Translations under genes and position numbers: made by a program
The notes under the pieces: generated by a model
The model's input: the letters and a program-made list of their open reading frames with translations, nothing else
What the model was told of the DNA's origin: nothing
The model's database searches: none
Shown: positions 44,749 to 49,413 of the stretch, one piece after another
Layout of the letters: each line of letters begins with the position of its first letter
Position numbering within the stretch: the stretch's first letter is position 1
Assembly: GCA_034434975.1 (NCBI GenBank)
Contig: DAOTYP010000005.1
Span: forward strand, 1-49,413
DNA length: 49,413 nt
Direction: 5' to 3'
Source: Anaerolineae bacterium
GTDB taxonomy: Bacteria > Chloroflexota > Anaerolineae > JADYZS01

Positions 44749-47310
44749 TCACACCACCCTGGGCACGCGCGCCAATATCTCCGACACCACCTCGTAGTTG
44801 ATCGTCCCCAGCCGCTCGGCGACCTCTTCCACCGTGATGCGATCGTCGCCCTGCGCGCCGATGAGCACCACCTCATCCCCTTGGCGCACGCCGGGGATGT
44901 GGGTCACGTTGATCATCGTTTGATCCATGCAGACCCGGCCCACGATCTTTGCCCGTCGTCCGCGCACGAGCACCTCGCCCCAGTGCGCGGGCGCGCGGCG
45001 GAAGCCGTCGGCGTACCCTACGGGGATCACCGCGATCCGTTCCTCGCCCTGGGTGCGGTAGGTGTTACCGTAACTGACGTAACTGCCGGGCGGAAGCGTC
45101 TTCACCTGGGCGATCTGCGTTTTCCAACTCAGCGCGGGGCGAAAGCCCGGCGGCAATGGCGTCTCCGCGGAGGGCGCGAGGCCGTAGAGGGCGATCCCCA
45201 GACGCACCAGGTTGAAGCGGCTCTCCGGCACGGTGAGGAGCGCAGCCGAGTTGGCTGCGTGCACCAGCGGCGGGCGCAAACCTTCCGCCTCCAGCGCATC
45301 CAACACGGCGCGAAAGACGGCCAGTTGCCGGTAGGTGTAGCCTTTGTCGGCGGCATCGGCCACGGAAAAGTGAGTGAAGATGCCCTCCACCTCCACGCCC
45401 GGCAGGTCGCGCAGCGCACGCATGAAGGGCAACACTTCATCCGGCAACAGGCCAAGCCGCCCCATGCCGGTATCCACCTTCACGTGGAGTCGCGCGGTCT
45501 GATGAAGTTCCACCGCGGCGCGGCTGAAGGCGCGGGCGCTATCCAGGTCAAAAACGGTCGCGGTCACGCGGTGAAGGAGCGCCTCGCGCGCGTGCCAAGC
45601 CGGGGTATAGCCCAAGATGAGGATCGGCGCGTCCAGGCCGGCGCGCCGCAGGGCGACCGCCTCGGCCAGACACGCCACGCCCAGTATCCGCGCGCCGTTG
45701 TTCAGGGCCGTGCGGCCCACGATGACCGCGCCGTGGCCGTAACCGTCGGCCTTCAGCACCGCCAGGATGCCCACCCCCGGCCCCACGATCTCTTGGGCCC
45801 GCCGGATGTTGTGCGCAATGGCGTTCAGGTCAATCTCCAACCAGGTAGGGCGGTCGGGGCGCGCCGCGCTCAAGCGGGCAAGGACGGTGCTCCCCCCCTG
45901 GCGCACCAGCAGATCGGACGCGCGGGCCGCCGCCTCCGGCGCGAGGAGACGGCTGACCAGACGCTCCAGCCGCGCCTCCCTTCCGCCTTTGACCAAAAGG
46001 ACGGCATCTGGGCCGAGCCGCTCCGAGAGGTAACGCGCCGCCTCCTCTATGCTATAGGTCTCAAAGACGGCCGACGGTGGCAGGCCTGCGGCCCGCGCCG
46101 CCTGCGCGCTCCCCCTGGCCCGTTCGCCTACCGTAACCAACGTCTCTACCACACCGACCGCCGCCTCTCCTACCTTGCGGTGGCCTTCGGCCTCGTAGTG
46201 GCCCAAATCCTCCATGTCGCCTAGCACGGCCAGGCGCCGATGCCCTTTAAAACAAGCCAACGCCGACAACGCGGCCAGGGCGGTCGCGGGCGTGGCGCTC
46301 ACGGTGTCATCCAGGATGAGGCTCCCTTGCAAGCCAGGCAGCGGGTTCAGGCGACCGGGCAAGGGAGGCAAACCGGACAACGCCGCGCTCGCCTCGGCCG
46401 GCGATACGCCGCTGATGAGCCCGACGCCCAACGCGGCCAGCGCGGGATAGACCGCATGGGGGCCGAGAAAACGCAGACAGATATCCGCCTTCGCCTGGTC
46501 GTCGCCGCGATGCACGAAGGTGAACGAGGTGCCGGCAGGGGTACAACGAACATCCACCGCGCGCAGGTCAGCCTGAGGCGAGCAGCCAAAGGTCAGGACG
46601 CGCGCACGGGTGTGTGCGCGCAAGGCTAGAACGCGCGGGTCATCGGCGTTCAGCAAGGCGAAACCGTCGGGCGGCAAGGCCTCTACCAGGCGCCCCTTCT
46701 CGCGCGCGACGGTAGCCAAGTCGCCAAAGAAGGCCAGGTGCGCCTCATGAACGGAAGTTACAACGCCGACGACGGGCCGGGTGAGCGCGGCCAGGTCGCG
46801 TATCTCATCCAGGCTGGTGGCCGCCAGTTCCAGGACGGCGATCTCATGTTCAGGCCCTAACCCGCCCAGCGCGATGGGAAGGCCATAGCGACCGCTGTAA
46901 CTGGCTGGGCTCTTGAAGACGCGAAAGCGAGAGGCGAGGACTGCCGCGATCGCCTCCTTCGTCACCGTCTTGCCGCTGGAGCCGGTGACGGCGACCACGC
47001 GCGGGCTATAACGCCTCAGGATGTGCGCGGCCCAATCTAGAAGCGCGCGGCGCACGTCATCCACGACGACGCACGTGACGCCGAACGGGCTCAGATCAAG
47101 GGGATGTTGGCAAAGGACGCCCGCCGCGCCGCCCCGCGCCACATCCAAGATGTAATCGTGGCCATCGCCCGTCTCCGTCTTGACCGCCAGGAACAACTGG
47201 CCTTGGCGCAGAAGGCGCGAGTCAAAGCAGAAATCGGTGAAACGATCGGCGAAGGCAGGGCCGTGCAGTCGCCCGCCCGTCGCCACAAGAAGGTCAGACA
47301 AGAGGATCAT
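44749..47310 (-). CDS. Bifunctional MurF-like Mur ligase / alanine racemase fusion
   Basis: 853-aa ORF. The N-terminal Mur-ligase domain (about 45930-47310) carries the P-loop VAVTGSSGKTVTKE. The C-terminal alanine racemase domain (44749 to about 45855) carries the PLP-lysine motif AVLKADGYGHG and the VSYGNTY block. The start overlaps the upstream stop (4-nt overlap). Confidence 0.85.
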   Translation of the reverse strand: MILLSDLLVATGGRLHGPAFADRFTDFCFDSRLLRQGQLFLAVKTETGDGHDYILDVARGGAAGVLCQHPLDLSPFGVTCVVVDDVRRALLDWAAHILRRYSPRVVAVTGSSGKTVTKEAIAAVLASRFRVFKSPASYSGRYGLPIALGGLGPEHEIAVLELAATSLDEIRDLAALTRPVVGVVTSVHEAHLAFFGDLATVAREKGRLVEALPPDGFALLNADDPRVLALRAHTRARVLTFGCSPQADLRAVDVRCTPAGTSFTFVHRGDDQAKADICLRFLGPHAVYPALAALGVGLISGVSPAEASAALSGLPPLPGRLNPLPGLQGSLILDDTVSATPATALAALSALACFKGHRRLAVLGDMEDLGHYEAEGHRKVGEAAVGVVETLVTVGERARGSAQAARAAGLPPSAVFETYSIEEAARYLSERLGPDAVLLVKGGREARLERLVSRLLAPEAAARASDLLVRQGGSTVLARLSAARPDRPTWLEIDLNAIAHNIRRAQEIVGPGVGILAVLKADGYGHGAVIVGRTALNNGARILGVACLAEAVALRRAGLDAPILILGYTPAWHAREALLHRVTATVFDLDSARAFSRAAVELHQTARLHVKVDTGMGRLGLLPDEVLPFMRALRDLPGVEVEGIFTHFSVADAADKGYTYRQLAVFRAVLDALEAEGLRPPLVHAANSAALLTVPESRFNLVRLGIALYGLAPSAETPLPPGFRPALSWKTQIAQVKTLPPGSYVSYGNTYRTQGEERIAVIPVGYADGFRRAPAHWGEVLVRGRRAKIVGRVCMDQTMINVTHIPGVRQGDEVVLIGAQGDDRITVEEVAERLGTINYEVVSEILARVPRVV

Positions 47311-48566
47311 AGAGAGGGCCGAGACTCAACAGGATGGGGCGCCAGCAAGGCCTCCCAATCCACCTCGGGGATGGGGGGCGGCTGCGGCATCTCCGGCTTA
47401 GGGATCATCAGGGTCTCAAAGGTCTGAGCAGTGGCTTCCAGGGGGCTGATGTCCACCTCCGGCATGGGCAAAGGCTCTGGAAAGAGGCCTTCCCCGACGA
47501 TAGCCGCCGTGACGGGCATCTTCTCTATCTCCGGCATCTCGGCTCGCGCAGGCATGGTCGCATGAGACGGCATCGCCCCTCGGGCCGGAGAGGCGGCTTC
47601 TCGTCGGGCCTTGCGCGCCACCTCACGCGGCTCACGGCTGGCCACGCGCAGCGCCCAGGCGAAATCTTTGGCGGTAGCGAAGCGCTGCCCGGGTTGCAAC
47701 GCGAGGGCGACCTCCAGCACCTGGTCCAACTCAGGCCAGACATCGGGGTTAAAGCGGCTCGCGGGGATGAGCCGGCCCGCGTCGCGGGCGGGGCCACGCT
47801 GGGTCAATAGAAGGTACAGGAGCGCGCCCAAGGCGTAAACATCACTTCGCGCGTCGGCCTCCGCGCCGGCTACGACTTCCGGCGGCGTGAAGAAGGTGCG
47901 CACCTTGGGCACTGCCAACCCTACCGCCCGCATGATCTGGCTCAGACCGACGCCGCGCACCATGACCTGGCCCCCTTGGCTGACGAAGATTTGGTCGCTG
48001 CCGAGGAAGCCGTGGATCAACCCTTGCTCATGGGCGTAGGCCAACGCATCCGCCGCTTTCAACGCGACCTGAAGCGCATCCCGCAGTTTCCAAGGCCGCC
48101 CCTCGCGCAGCCGCTCCGTCAGCGGGGTCAACCCCTCCGCCAGACGCACCATCAGGTAGGAGAGGCCCCCTTCCTCGCCGGCTTCCACCAGAGAGGCTAA
48201 GTTGGGGTGGTTCAAGCGGCGTATCAACCCCAACAGTTGGCGATAGGTCGCGCCAGCCTCTTTCTGACCCTGCCTTGGCAAGACGCGCGCTGCGATCGGC
48301 GCTCCCTTCGGCCCCGGCTCGCGAGCCTCTATCCAGCCGCCCGGCCCGGTGCGGGCGCGCTCGCCCAGGGCCCGATACAGCGCAAGGGCCTCCCGCACGA
48401 GGGCGCGCCGCACCTCACGCGGCGTGCGGCCCGCCTGCGCGCCAGAGGCAACCCGCGCCAACCAGCGCGCCACCTCGGGCGGCAAGAGCGAGCCCTCCGC
48501 CGTCGCGGTCATTGCCAAGACGGCGCGCGCCAGGCGCGCCTGAAGGGACGATCTTTCCTCGCTCAT
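47307..48566 (-). CDS. Hanks-type Ser/Thr kinase homologue lacking catalytic residues (pseudokinase) with Pro/Glu-rich C-terminal tail
   Basis: The kinase C-lobe is recognisable (ALAYAHEQGLIH..., TPPEVVAGAEADARSDVYALGALLYLLLT). Catalytic motifs are replaced. HRDxKxxN becomes HGFLGSDQ (47991-48014). DFG becomes GVG (47946-47954). The VAIK Lys becomes Arg (IAARVL). There is no GxGxxG loop. Confidence 0.7.
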   Translation of the reverse strand: MSEERSSLQARLARAVLAMTATAEGSLLPPEVARWLARVASGAQAGRTPREVRRALVREALALYRALGERARTGPGGWIEAREPGPKGAPIAARVLPRQGQKEAGATYRQLLGLIRRLNHPNLASLVEAGEEGGLSYLMVRLAEGLTPLTERLREGRPWKLRDALQVALKAADALAYAHEQGLIHGFLGSDQIFVSQGGQVMVRGVGLSQIMRAVGLAVPKVRTFFTPPEVVAGAEADARSDVYALGALLYLLLTQRGPARDAGRLIPASRFNPDVWPELDQVLEVALALQPGQRFATAKDFAWALRVASREPREVARKARREAASPARGAMPSHATMPARAEMPEIEKMPVTAAIVGEGLFPEPLPMPEVDISPLEATAQTFETLMIPKPEMPQPPPIPEVDWEALLAPHPVESRPSL

Positions 48567-48573
48567 GACAGGC

Positions 48574-49413
48574 TCATAGGCTGAGACCGATGATCTCTTC
48601 CGCCTGGGCCACAGCCCCTTGCATATCGGCGATGAGGCCCTTCATGTCGCTCTCGGTCCAATCCAACTGTTGGATGGCGACCTCGTCCAGGGTATAGCGC
48701 AGCCCGTCCACGCCGATGCCGATGCCCGCCATCAGGGCGGCGGCGTTGGCGATGTGAACAGCCGAGGCAAAGCGCGGATCAATCTGCGCCTTCGCCGGCA
48801 AATGGTGGCAAGCGACGGCCTCTATCACCCGATCGGGCAGGTTCCAAGACCTCACGATCACCGCGCCTACCTCGGCGTGATCGTAGCCGGTGATCTGGCG
48901 CTCTACCTCCGTCCAGGCGCGTTTGTCTGGGTCTTCATAGGCTTTCTCTCCCCACTCCGCCTGTTGCTGCAGAATCAAATCCAGGGCCAGTTTCCCTACA
49001 TCGTGGAGCAAGCCTGCCACGTAGACCTCCGAGCGAGGAGTGATGAGGCGACGCTGCGCGATCCTTTCGCTCCCTACCGCCACGGCCACGGAATGTCGCC
49101 ATAGCATCGCCCGCTCCAACCTGTAGGCAGGAACGGGCCGGGAGAGGATCTTGCTGGCGGAGGCAGCGAAAATGACCTCCTGCACGGTCTCATAGCCCAG
49201 GTAGCCGATGGCCTCATCCAAAGAGGCGATGCGGCGGGGAAGGCCATAGTAGGCGGAGTTCACCATCTTGAGAAACAGGCCCGTCAGGCTCTGATCCAGC
49301 GCCAGGACGCTCGTGAGGTCGGACCGCCGCGAGCGCGGGTCCTGGATGATGGCCAAGGCGCGGACCAACACCTGGGGCATCGGCGGAAGTTGGCGCAAGA
49401 CGGTCGGGAGTAG
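48574..49413 (-). CDS. HDOD-domain protein (5' end may lie beyond the window)
   Basis: LPPMPQVLVRALAIIQDP...LTSVLALDQSLTGLFLKMVNSAYYGL...IASLDEAIGYLG and AGLLHDVGKLAL are typical HDOD blocks. The frame stays open to the window edge upstream of the TTG at 49398. The stop lies 7 nt before the pseudokinase ATG. Confidence 0.8.
   Translation of the reverse strand, partial: LLPTVLRQLPPMPQVLVRALAIIQDPRSRRSDLTSVLALDQSLTGLFLKMVNSAYYGLPRRIASLDEAIGYLGYETVQEVIFAASASKILSRPVPAYRLERAMLWRHSVAVAVGSERIAQRRLITPRSEVYVAGLLHDVGKLALDLILQQQAEWGEKAYEDPDKRAWTEVERQITGYDHAEVGAVIVRSWNLPDRVIEAVACHHLPAKAQIDPRFASAVHIANAAALMAGIGIGVDGLRYTLDEVAIQQLDWTESDMKGLIADMQGAVAQAEEIIGLSL

Noticed and set aside
44440-46224. 594-aa plus-strand ORF overlapping the end of the YfhO-flippase gene and antisense to the alanine racemase domain.
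   Set aside because: The minus strand encodes a complete Alr with its PLP-lysine motif. The plus-strand product is low complexity and would need to overlap two real genes.

Overview
GC-rich bacterial chromosomal window with mostly G/C third codon positions. All motif and family calls were made by eye, with no searches run.

**Layout**
- **1-18.3 kb (+):** one almost gapless division/cell-wall (dcw) gene string. It runs ftsL-like fragment, ftsI, murF, mraY, unknown ORF, murD, ftsW, murG, two CvpA-like membrane genes, murC, murB, ddl, a URO-D-family gene, ftsQ, ftsA, ftsZ, and ends in a strong hairpin.
- **18.4-22.2 kb (+):** nrdR, a 310-nt spacer, class II ribonucleotide reductase nrdJ, and a 7Fe-type ferredoxin with its own promoter and terminator.
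- **22.3-23.6 kb (-):** tRNA-Arg(UCU) and nagA.
- **23.7-32.8 kb:** accessory genes, many with near-consensus sigma70 promoters.
  - 784-aa methyltransferase-like protein with degenerate catalytic motifs and a Zn ribbon.
  - Stand-alone wHTH gene.
  - MBL-fold hydrolase plus TPR lipoprotein.
  - TgpA-like transglutaminase membrane protein.
  - Ddl-like ATP-grasp enzyme.
  - LysM-LysM-YkuD L,D-transpeptidase.
- **32.8-37.1 kb:** ArsR/SmtB - TerC - P1B-type ATPase metal operon (-), facing a cupredoxin lipoprotein gene (+) across a nested-palindrome operator.
- **37.2-39.7 kb (+):** fabF and fabH; FabH carries a C-terminal tail.
- **39.8-44.7 kb (+):** polyprenyl-phosphate sugar synthase (GT2) followed by a 1354-aa YfhO (GT-C) fused to a MOP flippase.
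- **44.7-49.4 kb (-):** HDOD protein, Ser/Thr pseudokinase and a MurF-alanine racemase fusion, tightly packed.

No rRNA, CRISPR array, transposase/integrase or long repeat was seen.

**Most interesting candidates**
- The HDOD-pseudokinase-MurF::Alr module.
- The GT2 + YfhO::flippase glycosylation module.
- The degenerate methyltransferase-like giant.
- The non-canonical genes embedded in the dcw string.
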